Source: an uncultured Methanosarcinaceae archaeon (GTDB lineage Archaea; Halobacteriota; Methanosarcinia; Methanosarcinales; Methanosarcinaceae). From it: 64,000 bases of DNA. This document shows positions 42,501-53,494 of this stretch, one piece after another. The notes under the pieces are model-generated. The model had not been told where the DNA came from and searched no databases. It was given only the letters and a program-made list of their open reading frames with translations. Every line of letters begins with the position of its first letter. Position 1 is the stretch's first letter. A program made the translations under genes and the position numbers. The stretch lies in assembly GCA_963721455.1 (NCBI GenBank), contig CAVRJG010000033.1, forward strand, positions 64,001-128,000. Reading direction: 5' to 3'.

Positions 42501-42843
42501 ATCCGGATGTGTAATCCGGATGTGTAATTCAGATGTGTAATTCAGAAACATCGAGATTTATAATGAGATTATAAATTAGATTTGTTTGAGAATTATGAAC
42601 TTACTCTGAATCCAATTCAGATTAAGGTTCTGGAGGATAATGTCCTGGATAGATCAATAATATACGTAAATCAATAATATACGTAAATCAATATTATAAA
42701 TAAGTTAATTCTTTTTTAATCCTGTATTCTCACAGAATATATCAATTCTTCCTCGAAAATAATATAAGTAAATAAATATTGTAAATAAGTTAATTCTTTT
42801 TTAATTCTTTATTCTCACAGAATATATCAATTCTTCCTCGAAA
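42501..42843. repeat. Cluster of short duplications between secF and the deaminase gene
   Basis: 13-bp ATCCGGATGTGTA x about 3.5 (42501); 17-bp TCAATAATATACGTAAA x2 (42654); about 62-bp duplication at 42697 and 42782. Confidence 0.85.
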
Positions 42844-42954
42844 GGTAATTCTTCTCTATACACCGTTAATTCATTCCACTTAAAATTAACTCTTAAAAAT
42901 GGTACAAGTTCTAACGTCACAGCTATATATACCTCTTACTGTTCATTAAAAATA

Positions 42955-43434
42955 ATGACAGATAGACCTTCCCTTGACGAATATTTCCTTGAAATCGCCT
43001 TCGTGGTAGGCAAACGGGCTACCTGCCTCCGAAACAATGTCGGGGCTGTGATCGTCCGGGATAAACGTATTCTCTCAACCGGATACAACGGGGCACCCAG
43101 CGGCATGGAACACTGCCTTGAAATCGGGTGTATCAGAGATCTGGAGAAGATCCCTTCAGGCACCAGGCACGAAAAGTGCAGGGCAGTGCATGCGGAACAG
43201 AACGCCATTATCCAGGCCGCAATCCATGGAGTGAGCATATCAGGGGCAACCATCTATTGTACACACCAGCCCTGTATTCTCTGCACGAAAATGATTATCA
43301 ACTCAAATATCAAAAGAGTTGTATATGCAACTCCCTATCCTGATACGGATTCGCTTAACTTTTTCAGGGATGCAGGTGTGGAAGTGGAATATATACCTTT
43401 TGAACTGAAAAGCGGAACTTACGGCAAAATATAA
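42955..43434 (+). CDS. dCMP deaminase family protein
   Basis: RATC, GYNG, HAEQNA and PCILC motifs. Confidence 0.92.
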   Translation: MTDRPSLDEYFLEIAFVVGKRATCLRNNVGAVIVRDKRILSTGYNGAPSGMEHCLEIGCIRDLEKIPSGTRHEKCRAVHAEQNAIIQAAIHGVSISGATIYCTHQPCILCTKMIINSNIKRVVYATPYPDTDSLNFFRDAGVEVEYIPFELKSGTYGKI

Positions 43435-43692
43435 ACCTGCCGGATTTAACAGATGTCCTGCACTTACCCTTGCAGAGAAGCGCTCTATAAGAGAATTCAA
43501 ATGATATAATTAATTTTATGATTTCTTTATGCAAGAAGACTTAAAAACACGTTTTGAGTATACTATATCCAAAACTGAATATGAAATAAGCGATATAGAA
43601 GCTGAACGTGACTACATTTCATCCACGCAAGACTCCGTCCGGTACTTGGATAAGCTATATGAATTTATGGAACAGGGATAAGAGGTGGAATA

Positions 43693-44016
43693 ATGTCTGA
43701 AGAATTAAAAGCCAGGACACTAAGAGTAGAAGATTTGGTTGAATATCAAAACGGAGCCGTTGTAAGCAGAGAAATTATCCGTAAAGGCACGGGAACCGTG
43801 ACCATATTTGCCTTCGACAAAGGAGAAGGACTGAGCGAACACACTGCCCCCTTCGATGCCATGGTTCAGGTAATCGATGGAAAGGCAGAAATCACTATTT
43901 CTGGCAATAAAAATGTTCTAGAGAAGGGGGACATGATCATAATGCCTGCCAGCTACCCACACGCACTCCATGCAATGGAAAGGTTCAAAATGATTCTAAC
44001 CATGATCCGCTCGTAA
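43693..44016 (+). CDS. Cupin domain protein
   Basis: FAFDKGEGLSEHTAPFDA and PASYPHAL. Confidence 0.9.
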   Translation: MSEELKARTLRVEDLVEYQNGAVVSREIIRKGTGTVTIFAFDKGEGLSEHTAPFDAMVQVIDGKAEITISGNKNVLEKGDMIIMPASYPHALHAMERFKMILTMIRS

Positions 44017-44183
44017 TACTATTAAGTTCCACTTAAAGTTGGAAGTTCCACTTAAAGTTGGGGGAGATTATTTTTTAGGAAGGATTGAACCATCCCATAT
44101 TCGCAAAATTCCTTAAAATAGAAGTTTCGGAGATCTCGTTTTTAAACCAATACCCGTGTTCTGAAGCTCATATCTTCTTTAAT

Positions 44184-44948
44184 TCAACTCTTTTTTTGCA
44201 GGCAGCGAAGCCCTTTTTTAATAATGTCCTGTTCTTCAGGGCGGTAAGTTTCTTTTATAGAAATATCTTCTTCACAGTAGTGATCAAGCCCGCGGATCAC
44301 AACCGCAGGAATTCCACCTGCCCCTTCCCCCATCAGAAGATTTGCGGCACCTGCAAGTTCATCGGCAACTGCCTCTTCCGTAATCTCAAGGATTTTTCCG
44401 AACAGGTCTTTTTCCCCAATCCAGCGCTTTACAGGTTTTATTTTGTAAATTCCTATGGCGGCACCGGTTTGTCCGATCTTGAAAGCCCTCCCGTTTGTAT
44501 CCGTAACAATGACACTTAATTTTTTCCCGCTGAGCATTTCAAGCTCTTTCCCGAGCCTTGAAGCACTGATATCCGGATTTTCCGGAGGGTAAAGCAAAAA
44601 TCCATCTTCGATATTTGACTCGTCTACTCCTGCGTTTACACAGGTATGTCCTGCAAGAGTTGTCACAAGCATAAAAGGCCTCTCTACAAGGACTTCCCTG
44701 CTCCTGGAAAGTACAGCCTGGATAAATCTGGCATCTTTTCCGCTCCGGGCTGCGATCTCAAGTGCCGTCTTCCCTGGAGTGATATCTTCGAGCCTGAAGG
44801 TCTCCCCTTCAGCTTTAGCAACAACGGTCGAGGCAACGATAACAATGTCCCTGTCCTGAAGTTCGATATTCATATAGATAATTGAGGGCAGGTCATCCCC
44901 GGGATGTATAAGGGGAATATTTTCAACGGCTATGGCTTCGAATTTCAA
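44184..44948 (-). CDS. cofE: Coenzyme F420-0:L-glutamate ligase
   Basis: IPLIHPGDDL, CVNAGVDESN, DTNGRAF, ADELAGAANLLMGE and VIRG. Confidence 0.93.
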   Translation of the reverse strand: MKFEAIAVENIPLIHPGDDLPSIIYMNIELQDRDIVIVASTVVAKAEGETFRLEDITPGKTALEIAARSGKDARFIQAVLSRSREVLVERPFMLVTTLAGHTCVNAGVDESNIEDGFLLYPPENPDISASRLGKELEMLSGKKLSVIVTDTNGRAFKIGQTGAAIGIYKIKPVKRWIGEKDLFGKILEITEEAVADELAGAANLLMGEGAGGIPAVVIRGLDHYCEEDISIKETYRPEEQDIIKKGLRCLQKKS

Positions 44949-45090
44949 GCGTGTTCCTCAAAAGTCTTTGAAATCAATAAATATAGAGCGATCGGGTTTG
45001 ATCTTTTTAAATGCGGGATAATTCCGTAGATGAATAATTTGCAGCAGTAAAGGCAGTAACCATAAATAAGACCACCGATATACTGGACTT

Positions 45091-45155
45091 TGCGGCGATG
45101 ATGAAAGTTACCCCGACTGAGCAAAAGATGATGAGAACAATTTCCTGATGCCGCA
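45091..45155 (+). ncRNA. Archaeal C/D-box methylation guide sRNA
   Basis: Terminal stem TGCGGC/GCCGCA; box C ATGATGA (45098); guide AAGTTACCCCGA; D' CTGA (45117); C' ATGATGA (45128); guide GAACAATTTC; D CTGA (45145); ATAAATA about 25 nt upstream. Confidence 0.88.
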
Positions 45156-45165
45156 CCTTTCACCT

Positions 45166-45260
45166 ATTTTCCGATTTACTTTATTTTCCAGTTTACTTTA
45201 TTTTTCATCTTACCCTATTTTCCAGTTTACTTTATTTTTCATCTTACCCTATTTTCCAGT
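45166..45260. repeat. Pyrimidine-rich tandem repeat (about 17/34-bp period)
   Basis: TATTTTCCAGTTTACTTTATTTTTCATCTTACCC twice, with flanking partial copies. Confidence 0.75.
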
Positions 45261-45318
45261 ACTAACTTCAGGGCAGATTTAAAAGCTTTTATCTGCCTGC
45301 AAACCAAATTCCATAGGG

Positions 45319-45720
45319 GTGTTAAACACGAGCCAGTACGAGCTGAATGAAATTATACAAAAAATAAAGAATAAAAGCCTGTTTGAGTTAAAGGACAATG
45401 AACGAAGCAGACCCTGGAGTTTAAGAGTTATCATAAGCAAACTGTACTACTCACTGGACTATGAAAACGAACCTCAAGCCACCAGGCAAAAAGTAACTCA
45501 GCTTCTTCTTCACCATGGACAGTTTAGCAGGAAAGAGATCGATGAGATCTTTCAATCGTCAGCAAAGGGAACTACTGCTTATTCAATGGAATTTCTAAAG
45601 CAGCACCCTGAAGTTGCAAAGGCTGAAGCCCTGAAAAGTAAAGAGTTTCCTGATGAAATCGAAGAAGAGGAAGGAGAAAAACTCAAGGAAATAAAATATA
45701 TCTTTCCGCATTACGGTTGA
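45319..45720 (+). CDS. Hypothetical protein, 133 aa
   Basis: Clean helical and charged ORF; no motif recognised. Confidence 0.65.
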   Translation: MLNTSQYELNEIIQKIKNKSLFELKDNERSRPWSLRVIISKLYYSLDYENEPQATRQKVTQLLLHHGQFSRKEIDEIFQSSAKGTTAYSMEFLKQHPEVAKAEALKSKEFPDEIEEEEGEKLKEIKYIFPHYG

Positions 45721-46117
45721 ATGTCCACAGCCGATCTTTTTCAATAAGATGGCAAATTAAACAAAATCGAGAACCGGAAAATGGATAGTCAGACCAACGG
45801 GTAGATTGACAGAGAAAACTAACCGAAAATACCTTATTTACGTGGTTTCTGTGAAGGATAATAGTGTTTTATAGAAACTCGCAGTGAATTACCTTTCACG
45901 GAAAGAGTATTACCAATTTTATAATTATGATTTGATATTAGAGCCGTGACCAGCTCGTAAAAAACAATATAGAGCCTGATAAACTCCCTAACCAATGAAA
46001 GATAATCTTTATATCTATTGACCGCTAATTTATATGCTCACGTCTAATGATATAATAATATGTATCAGAATATAATATCTCAAATCTATTCAAATAGTCA
46101 AGATAATATGAGAAATT

Positions 46118-47113
46118 ATGAAAGGTACTGATGGTAAAAGTACAGATATCCTCTATGATTCAGAGGAGAAGGAGAATACCAGGTATTCTCAAGCAGCTTA
46201 TGTCACAAAAGTTTCGATGGTTTTAAACTTTTCATTGACAGGTTTTAAGTTTGCGGCTGGGATTCTGGGTAATAGTTCGGCAATGGTTGCTGATGCGGCT
46301 CATTCCCTGTCCGATTTCATAACCGACATCGCGGTAATTGTGGGTTTAAAAGTTGCCAAAAAACCGAGAGACAGTACGCACAATTACGGACACGGAAAAA
46401 TTGAGACCTTAGCTGCAGCGTTTACAGGGCTTGTGCTTGCTGCAGCAGCTTTTGGAATTTTCTGGGGCGGCCTTCAGAAAATCATTGTTTTTTTCCAGGG
46501 AGAGATGCTGCCAGCGCCAAGCAAAATCGCTCTTGTTGCGGCAATCCTCTCAATTGTGTTAAAAGAGTGGTTGTACCGTTACACGATAGTGCATGGCCGA
46601 AAACTCAAGAGTGAAGCACTGATCGCAAACGCCTGGGAACATCGTTCGGATGCCTTCTCTTCGATAGGAACCATGATAGGGATAGGAGGCGCAATCCTTC
46701 TTGGAGGTAAGTGGGCGGTACTCGACCCGGCAGCCGCGGTTATATTGAGTTTCTTTATCTTCAAGGTGGCATTCGAGATCTCGTATAAAAGCCTTAATGA
46801 GCTTCTGGAAACGTCACTTGATTCGGAAACCTACAGAAGTATTGAAGAGATTCTGATTTCCACTGAAGGAGTTTTAGGCTTCCACGAGCTAAAAACCCGA
46901 AAAATAGGGAATGCCATGGCAGCAGATGTCCATATTGAGGTTGACCGGGATTTGAATATCGTGGATGCACATGAAATCTCAACGCAGATCGAAAACAGGT
47001 TAAAGGAAATCTGCGGCAAAAACGGTCACTTCTCAATTCATGTGGAGCCGTGCTCTGATTCCGAATATTATAACCCGAATACGTCCAGGGCAAATACCAG
47101 AATCAGGTCATAA
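46118..47113 (+). CDS. Cation diffusion facilitator (FieF-like)
   Basis: ADAAHSLSD, HNYGHGKIE, EHRSDA and HEI...IHVEP. Confidence 0.93.
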   Translation: MKGTDGKSTDILYDSEEKENTRYSQAAYVTKVSMVLNFSLTGFKFAAGILGNSSAMVADAAHSLSDFITDIAVIVGLKVAKKPRDSTHNYGHGKIETLAAAFTGLVLAAAAFGIFWGGLQKIIVFFQGEMLPAPSKIALVAAILSIVLKEWLYRYTIVHGRKLKSEALIANAWEHRSDAFSSIGTMIGIGGAILLGGKWAVLDPAAAVILSFFIFKVAFEISYKSLNELLETSLDSETYRSIEEILISTEGVLGFHELKTRKIGNAMAADVHIEVDRDLNIVDAHEISTQIENRLKEICGKNGHFSIHVEPCSDSEYYNPNTSRANTRIRS

Positions 47114-47259
47114 AAGTTGAAAACTCTCTTTAAGTTGAGAACTCTTTATATTGAACGTTTAAAGATGTTCAACAGATACTCAACTGATTATCCGAATACA
47201 AGATTCAAGAAATCGAAGTTTGAGCCGGATAAGCCCGGAAATTTAATAGAAAAGAATTC

Positions 47260-47294
47260 AAAAAAGAAAAGACTGCGAGTTTCTCCCGCAGTCT
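47260..47294 (-). terminator. hsp20 terminator
   Basis: AGACTGCG...CGCAGTCT stem followed by TTTCTTTTTT on the minus strand. Confidence 0.7.
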
Positions 47295-47332
47295 GACATT
47301 ACATCAAAAGTTATATTTCTGCTCTCGAACGA

Positions 47333-47794
47333 TCACTCGATAGGTATTTTCTTTGAGGGTTCTTCCAGTTTCATTTTCGGAAGCGTTATTGTCAGGACAC
47401 CGTTTTCTATTTTTGCAGTGCTTCCCTCTTCCTTAACGCTTGTAGGCAGGCGGACTGCCCGATAAAAGCGAGTATATGCCCTCTCCCGACGCAGGTATCC
47501 TTCCTCTTCGGTTTCTTTTTCCTTCCCGCTCTTTGCACTGATCTCAAGCATATCTTCTTTAAGGTTAATTTCGACATCCTCTTTATTGATGCCAGGCAGG
47601 TCAGTAGTAACCACAAGCTTATCTTCTTCATCCTTAATGTCAATGGCAGGAGTGTATACCTTTCCGCCTCCCCATTGTTCCATTGGCATGAAGTCTTCAA
47701 ACAGCTGGTTCAGGCGCTCCTGCGTCCTTCTGATCTCTTCAAACGGATCCCAGTGTGCAGGTCCTGAAAATGATTTCTTAGCAGGCCATTTCAT
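47333..47794 (-). CDS. Small heat shock protein Hsp20
   Basis: DPFEE, DLPG, AKIENGVLTITLPK and C-terminal IPI. Confidence 0.95.
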   Translation of the reverse strand: MKWPAKKSFSGPAHWDPFEEIRRTQERLNQLFEDFMPMEQWGGGKVYTPAIDIKDEEDKLVVTTDLPGINKEDVEINLKEDMLEISAKSGKEKETEEEGYLRRERAYTRFYRAVRLPTSVKEEGSTAKIENGVLTITLPKMKLEEPSKKIPIE

Positions 47795-48025
47795 CTTAAA
47801 TTCCCCCCTTAAGTAAAATTATAACACAGAAATAGAAGTGCTACTATGAATATATTGAGAAAGGATATATACATTTTCTTAGGTAATTTTACTAAAATGT
47901 AGCCACAAAAAAGAACGTGAATAACAAAAAAGAAATCCCCGAAAACCCAAAGCAGAGAGATTTCCGGGAAATTTAAAGGAAGCTGGACAGCTAGGAGCAT
48001 CAAATGGCGAACCAGAAAAATGCAG

Positions 48026-49222
48026 TTATTTATCCCTTACAAGCATTCCTATAAGGTCCGAAGCTTTTACGAGACCCAAAGAACCTTTTTTAACCGATTC
48101 CTCATCAAAAGCCTCTGTTCCATCAGGATCTGTTCTGTCGGTCCTGTAGACTGCAATAGGAATCGGGTCCCGTGTATGGGTTTTTAAGGAAATTGGAGTC
48201 GGATGGTCAGGCAGTATGAGAATCGTAAAGGGCTCATCTGAAGCTTCAGCATGTTTAAGGATAGGAGCTACTATTCGGCTATCGAAATCTTCTACAGCCT
48301 TTAACTTTTTGTCAATGCTCCCTTCGTGTCCGGCTTCGTCCGGAGCCTCCACATGAACAAAGACAAGATCCCTGGTTTTCAGGATCTCAATGGCGGCACT
48401 GGCTTTTCCTTCATAATTGGTATCCAGATAACCGGTTGCTCCCGGAACCTCAATTACGTCCAGACCTGCATAAACTCCAATGCCTTTCAGAAGATCGACT
48501 GCCGAGATAATTGCTCCGGTTTTCCCATACAGTTCTCGAAACGACGTAAACTTTGGAGCATAACCCTGACCCCAGACCCAGATTGAATTTGCCGGGTTCT
48601 TCTCCTCCTCGATCCTTTTCAGGTTAACTGGATGCAGTTCAAGAACGACCATAGATGCTTCGATTAATCCGGAAAAGAAATCCCCATCCTTTCCTCTCGG
48701 CAGGTATTCCTCCGCTTTCTTTCCTGTAATATCATGCGGTGGAGTACATTCTGTTTCAGCCCCCAGATTATTTCTGGCGACCATCAGGTGCCTGTAGCTG
48801 ATTCCCGGATAAAAGCTCAGTTCGTCAGTACTGAGTTCCGTATCAAGAGTCTCAATGAGGATTTTGGCTTCCTCGCTGCTAATATGCCCTGCACTGTAAT
48901 CTTTTATCCTCCCATGTTCAATGGTTATAAGATTGCATCTGAAAGCCACATCATCGGCTGCAAGGGCCACGCCCATACTGGCAGCTTCCAGAGGAGCCCG
49001 CCCGGAGTAATATACTGCCGGATCGTATCCGAGAATGGACATATTTGCGATATCACTTCCAGGAGAAAATCCATCAGGTATGGTCTTTGCAAGCCCGGTT
49101 TTTCCGTGAGCTGCGATATAATCCATGGCAGGGGTTCGGGCTGCCTGGAGAATGGTCTTGCCACCCAGTTTTTCTATCGGGTAATCAGCCATTCCGTCTC
49201 CTATAAGTACGGCGTATTTCAT
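48026..49222 (-). CDS. apgM: Cofactor-independent phosphoglycerate mutase family (ApgM-like; possible homoserine kinase)
   Basis: [23 protein letters not shown] and DHPTP; AGGTGA RBS before the ATG at 49222. Confidence 0.85.
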   Translation of the reverse strand: MKYAVLIGDGMADYPIEKLGGKTILQAARTPAMDYIAAHGKTGLAKTIPDGFSPGSDIANMSILGYDPAVYYSGRAPLEAASMGVALAADDVAFRCNLITIEHGRIKDYSAGHISSEEAKILIETLDTELSTDELSFYPGISYRHLMVARNNLGAETECTPPHDITGKKAEEYLPRGKDGDFFSGLIEASMVVLELHPVNLKRIEEEKNPANSIWVWGQGYAPKFTSFRELYGKTGAIISAVDLLKGIGVYAGLDVIEVPGATGYLDTNYEGKASAAIEILKTRDLVFVHVEAPDEAGHEGSIDKKLKAVEDFDSRIVAPILKHAEASDEPFTILILPDHPTPISLKTHTRDPIPIAVYRTDRTDPDGTEAFDEESVKKGSLGLVKASDLIGMLVRDK

Positions 49223-49627
49223 TGCTTCACCTATCTCCAACTGTTTTACTCTTTCATCTCTGGAATAAAATATATTACTTTCTACCAGATACCGATTACC
49301 GGCATTTTATCGGGCATCTGCCAGCAGGTTTTTCTGCTGATGCAGAGATCTTAATTTCTACACTCTTTTTACACAAACATTATAATATAGTATCCATATC
49401 CTATACAGAACAGGTTCTCAGCATAAAATTATTAAGTAGCGAAAGAGCCGACATATAGCTTTCTCGACAAAAGAAACCATTTTATTGAGATGCAATCTGC
49501 AGATATTCCCGGATAAGAATGAATATCAATCCGGAATAATTTTTGAAAATAATTAAAATTATTAAAATTAACAGTTTAAGAAGAATGATGTGAGAGTAAC
49601 CAGTTAATGCCAAAACGTGATCCGATC

Positions 49628-51046
49628 ATGAAAATTGTAATGAAATTTGGAGGAACTTCCATTGGGGACGGAAAAAAAATCCGTCATGTTGCCCAGCTTC
49701 TGAAAAGGTATCATGAAGAAGGCAACCAGATCGTGGTAGTAACCTCGGCGCTCGGTGGAGTAACCGATGGGCTTCTGGAAAATGCATTCCTTGCCTCAAA
49801 AAAAGGCAAAGTTGCCCTTGTGAAAGAGTTTAAAACCGAAATTATAAACAAACACCATGAAGCCGTGAATGATGCCATTGATGACCCCACAGTTGTAAAA
49901 GAAGTTCTCCAGACTCTTGACCTTCGCATTGACGAGCTCGAAAAAGCCCTGATCGGAATCTGCTATCTGGGCGAGCTTACTCCAAGGTCCATTGACTACA
50001 TTTCCTCTTACGGAGAACGCCTGGCTGCTCCGATTGTGTCAGGAGCTGTCCGTTCTCTTGGAATCGCGTCAACAGAATACACAGGTGGAGAAGCAGGGAT
50101 CATAACCTCATCGGATTACGGAAATGCCAGGCCCCTGGAAAAGACCTACGAACTTGTGGAAAAGAGGCTTGGGTGCAGGCTCGGCCCCCAGATTCTCGTG
50201 GTCACGGGATTTATAGGAGAAAATGAGGACGGGATTATTACCACTCTGGGAAGAAGCGGGTCTGACTTCACAGCTTCCATCCTGGGAGCGGCCCTGAAAG
50301 CCGATGAGATCTGGCTCTGGAAAGAAGTGAACGGGATCATGACTACTGACCCGAGAATAGTGCCAGAGGCAAAAACTATCCCGCAAATTTCCTATGCTGA
50401 AGCCATGGAACTCTCTTACTTCGGGGCAAATGTACTCCACCCGCGCACGATTGAACCTGCAATGCGCGAACACATTCCTGTGCGTGTCAAAAATACTTTT
50501 GACCCGGAGTTCCCTGGCACGCTCGTTGTTGCGGAGAAGTTCCAGTGCAGGCATGTTGTAAAAGCCGTAAGCCTGATCAAAAACGTGGCTCTCATTAATA
50601 TTGCAGGCGCAGAAATGGCCGGAACAGTCGGGACTGTAGCAAGGCTCTTTACAACTCTTGCGAAGGCAGGCGTTAACGTTGTTATGATCAGCCAGGGCTC
50701 TTCCGAGTCTAATATATCTTTCGTGGTCAGTGAGGCACATGTGGAGCCAGCATTAAAAGCCCTCCATGAAGAGTTCAACCGCGAAATCGTAAAAGAGATT
50801 ACTTCGGACAGAAATGTCTGCGTAGTTGCAGTCGTGGGTGCGGGTATGGCAGGGACTCCAGGCGTGGCAATGCGGGTCTTCGGAGCGCTTGGGAATTCAA
50901 TGATTAATATTATCATGATCAGCCAGGGCTCTTCTCAGTATAATATCTCTTTCGTGGTGCGGGAAGATGACGCATTTGCCGCAGTCAAGACCCTGCATGA
51001 TGAATTCGAATTATATAATGGAAACGGAATTGAAAAACAGCTATAA
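49628..51046 (+). CDS. lysC: Aspartate kinase
   Basis: MKFGGTS, TTLGRSGSD, DPR and two ACT domains. Confidence 0.95.
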   Translation: MKIVMKFGGTSIGDGKKIRHVAQLLKRYHEEGNQIVVVTSALGGVTDGLLENAFLASKKGKVALVKEFKTEIINKHHEAVNDAIDDPTVVKEVLQTLDLRIDELEKALIGICYLGELTPRSIDYISSYGERLAAPIVSGAVRSLGIASTEYTGGEAGIITSSDYGNARPLEKTYELVEKRLGCRLGPQILVVTGFIGENEDGIITTLGRSGSDFTASILGAALKADEIWLWKEVNGIMTTDPRIVPEAKTIPQISYAEAMELSYFGANVLHPRTIEPAMREHIPVRVKNTFDPEFPGTLVVAEKFQCRHVVKAVSLIKNVALINIAGAEMAGTVGTVARLFTTLAKAGVNVVMISQGSSESNISFVVSEAHVEPALKALHEEFNREIVKEITSDRNVCVVAVVGAGMAGTPGVAMRVFGALGNSMINIIMISQGSSQYNISFVVREDDAFAAVKTLHDEFELYNGNGIEKQL

Positions 51047-51068
51047 AGCAAGCAGGGAGGGGCAAAAA

Positions 51069-52070
51069 ATGAGCGAAAGGCACTTAACATACGCGGATTC
51101 AGGCGTGGATATTGCAAAGGAAGAAAAAACCGTCAAAACCCTTATCGAAAAACTCAGCTATGTTCGAAAAGGCATCGGAGCTCCCCTCACAGGAATAGGG
51201 CACTATGCAGGGCTCCTGGATTTCGGAGAATATACTCTTGCCCTGACAACGGACGGGGTAGGCTCAAAAGTTCTTATTGCAAACGAAATGCAGCGGTGGA
51301 ACACAGTCGGAATAGACTGTATCGCAATGAACGTTAATGACCTTCTGGCCATAGGAGCCGAACCTGTGGCCTTTGTAGACTACCTTGCCCTGGAAAAGCA
51401 CGAAGAAGGCTTTGCCGCCCAGATAGGAGAGGGACTGCTCAAAGGCGCTGAGATATCCAGGATGTCCATTGTAGGCGGAGAAACCGCAACCCTGCCCGAT
51501 ATAATTAAAGGCTTTGACCTTGCAGGCACATGCCTTGGAATTGTCAAAAAAGACCAGGTTATTGAAGGAGGAAAAGTCAGGGTAGGTGATGTGATTGTCG
51601 GTATCCCCAGTACAGGTGTTCACAGCAACGGTTACACTCTTGTAAGGAAGATCGTTGAAGAAGCCGGATACTCTTACCATGATCCCTGCCCCTATGACAG
51701 TTCAAAGACAATAGGAGACGAGCTCCTGGTTCCAACGAGAATTTATATTGAGATCCTTGATGTCCTGAAGGCGTGTGAAGTCCATGGGCTTGCACATATA
51801 ACAGGCAGCGGGCTTCTGAAACTGAGAAGGGTGACAAAACTCGGCTTTGACTTTTACGATCCTCTCGAGCCCCAGGAGATTTTCAGATTCCTGCAGAAAG
51901 AGGGTGGAGTCGAAGAGCTTGAGATGTACAGGACCTTCAATATGGGCATGGGCTTTCTGATTATCCTGCCGGAAAAAGATGCTGCAAAAGCTGCAGAGAT
52001 TACCGGCGGAAAAATCGTAGGAAAAATCGTGGAAAGCGGAATCAGGGTAAGAGACCTGGTAATAGAGTAA
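51069..52070 (+). CDS. purM: Phosphoribosylformylglycinamidine cyclo-ligase
   Basis: YADSGVD, DGVGSK, GGETA, HSNGY, AHITG and TFNMG. Confidence 0.96.
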   Translation: MSERHLTYADSGVDIAKEEKTVKTLIEKLSYVRKGIGAPLTGIGHYAGLLDFGEYTLALTTDGVGSKVLIANEMQRWNTVGIDCIAMNVNDLLAIGAEPVAFVDYLALEKHEEGFAAQIGEGLLKGAEISRMSIVGGETATLPDIIKGFDLAGTCLGIVKKDQVIEGGKVRVGDVIVGIPSTGVHSNGYTLVRKIVEEAGYSYHDPCPYDSSKTIGDELLVPTRIYIEILDVLKACEVHGLAHITGSGLLKLRRVTKLGFDFYDPLEPQEIFRFLQKEGGVEELEMYRTFNMGMGFLIILPEKDAAKAAEITGGKIVGKIVESGIRVRDLVIE

Positions 52071-52173
52071 AAAGGTATAAAACTCGATTTTAAAAGTCAA
52101 CTTAGAGGAAAGGGTAAAACTCTTTTCCCCTATGTTGAAATTCTCTTATGTGATTTTAATTGCGGCTAACTTC

Positions 52174-52554
52174 TTAAGTCTCATTTTTCCATAAATCCTG
52201 ATAGCTGGCTGAGGACGCCTTGGGGCTCTCAAAAGATTTGCCTTTCTTTAATGATGCCGTTCCCTTTCCCTTCTCTGTCTCTCTGAGCCGATTGATCTCT
52301 TTTATGCTGTCCTCGTTTTCTATACTCAGAACAAAACTTCCATGACAGGGTTTTGTAAAAGGAAAAATCAGAGAATTACCTTTAGCCCCCACAGCAATGG
52401 GCGGTATTCCTATTATATAGTAGTCCTTGAAGATCTTGTATCCTGGAGGTACATAGTAAACCTCATCCGAATTTTTCTCAATATACTCTCTGGACTCCTT
52501 GAAACTTATCCTTTCCAGGAGGATCTCATATTTCATCTGCTCAATACAGCTCAT
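52174..52554 (-). CDS. DUF1894 family protein
   Basis: MSCIE...YEILL...PGY...FTKPCHG. Confidence 0.85.
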   Translation of the reverse strand: MSCIEQMKYEILLERISFKESREYIEKNSDEVYYVPPGYKIFKDYYIIGIPPIAVGAKGNSLIFPFTKPCHGSFVLSIENEDSIKEINRLRETEKGKGTASLKKGKSFESPKASSASYQDLWKNET

Positions 52555-53018
52555 TTGGCTAATTCCTCCATCACCTTATCCAGCTTGTTCTTGAGCCGGA
52601 TGGGATTATGAACGTCTTTTGCAACTATTTTCTCACCGTCGAACTCGATGGCTTCTGCTAGAGCCTCAGCGTTCTTGCCAAAAACAATGGAGTACATTTT
52701 GGCCTGAGAAATGGCGCTCATTGTCGTTGCAAAAGTCATTCCGGAATCGTTATGCATAAAAGCGAAGCACATGTCGAAATCTAATCTTTTCTCAATAATA
52801 TCCTCTAAGGTTTTATCGAGATTAACCATTTTTTTTACATAATAACCGTCGATATCGGAAACTTTCAAAAGCTTGATTACGGCATCATTCCCAGCAACAG
52901 TTACGTCAAATCCTGATTTATTTAGCTTATGGGAAAGATACAGGGCAATGCTGGTTTGAATTGGGACCTCAGGACATCCCATCATAAGGAGCACTTTTAA
53001 GCCGGTCATACATTTCAT
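52551..53018 (-). CDS. DUF1890 family protein
   Basis: MGCPEVPIQT, HNDSG and HNP. Confidence 0.85.
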   Translation of the reverse strand: MKCMTGLKVLLMMGCPEVPIQTSIALYLSHKLNKSGFDVTVAGNDAVIKLLKVSDIDGYYVKKMVNLDKTLEDIIEKRLDFDMCFAFMHNDSGMTFATTMSAISQAKMYSIVFGKNAEALAEAIEFDGEKIVAKDVHNPIRLKNKLDKVMEELAK

Positions 53019-53494
53019 CTCTGATTATTCTATCTATAAGTATCTGTAAGGAGGGATAGAGTTATCCTTAATTTCAACTTTTGCAATTGTTATTCGACGG
53101 AAATCCTTGAAAACAAGAAAACTTTTTTATTCAACCATGTTCCCCACAGGTCCTCGTTTAAATCCTTCTAATATCGGATTTTAACCATTCTCATGTTATC
53201 ACCAATTTATATATTAAATTTGTTGATATCAGTCTTAAAGCTGTTCAGTCTTCCAGGCTGAACCTTTATTCCTGCGAGTATTCCGAACACATAAACAAAA
53301 AGGTTGTAGAAGTAATTTGGATTAAATTAAGGATTTCTACCGAGCTCTATTTTCCTTTTTTCAAAATGAATTATCTATATAATATTCCCTGCATAATTTT
53401 AACTTGCAGATTTAATTAGCGGCCATTTGAGGCAGTGACAGCTATCAGAATTTTTCTGGATTGATCTAAAGAAAAAACCATAAAAGGTACAAAA

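Noticed and set aside
44945-45163. 72-aa minus-strand ORF upstream of cofE
   Set aside because: It overlaps the C/D-box sRNA and promoter region and has no protein-like features.
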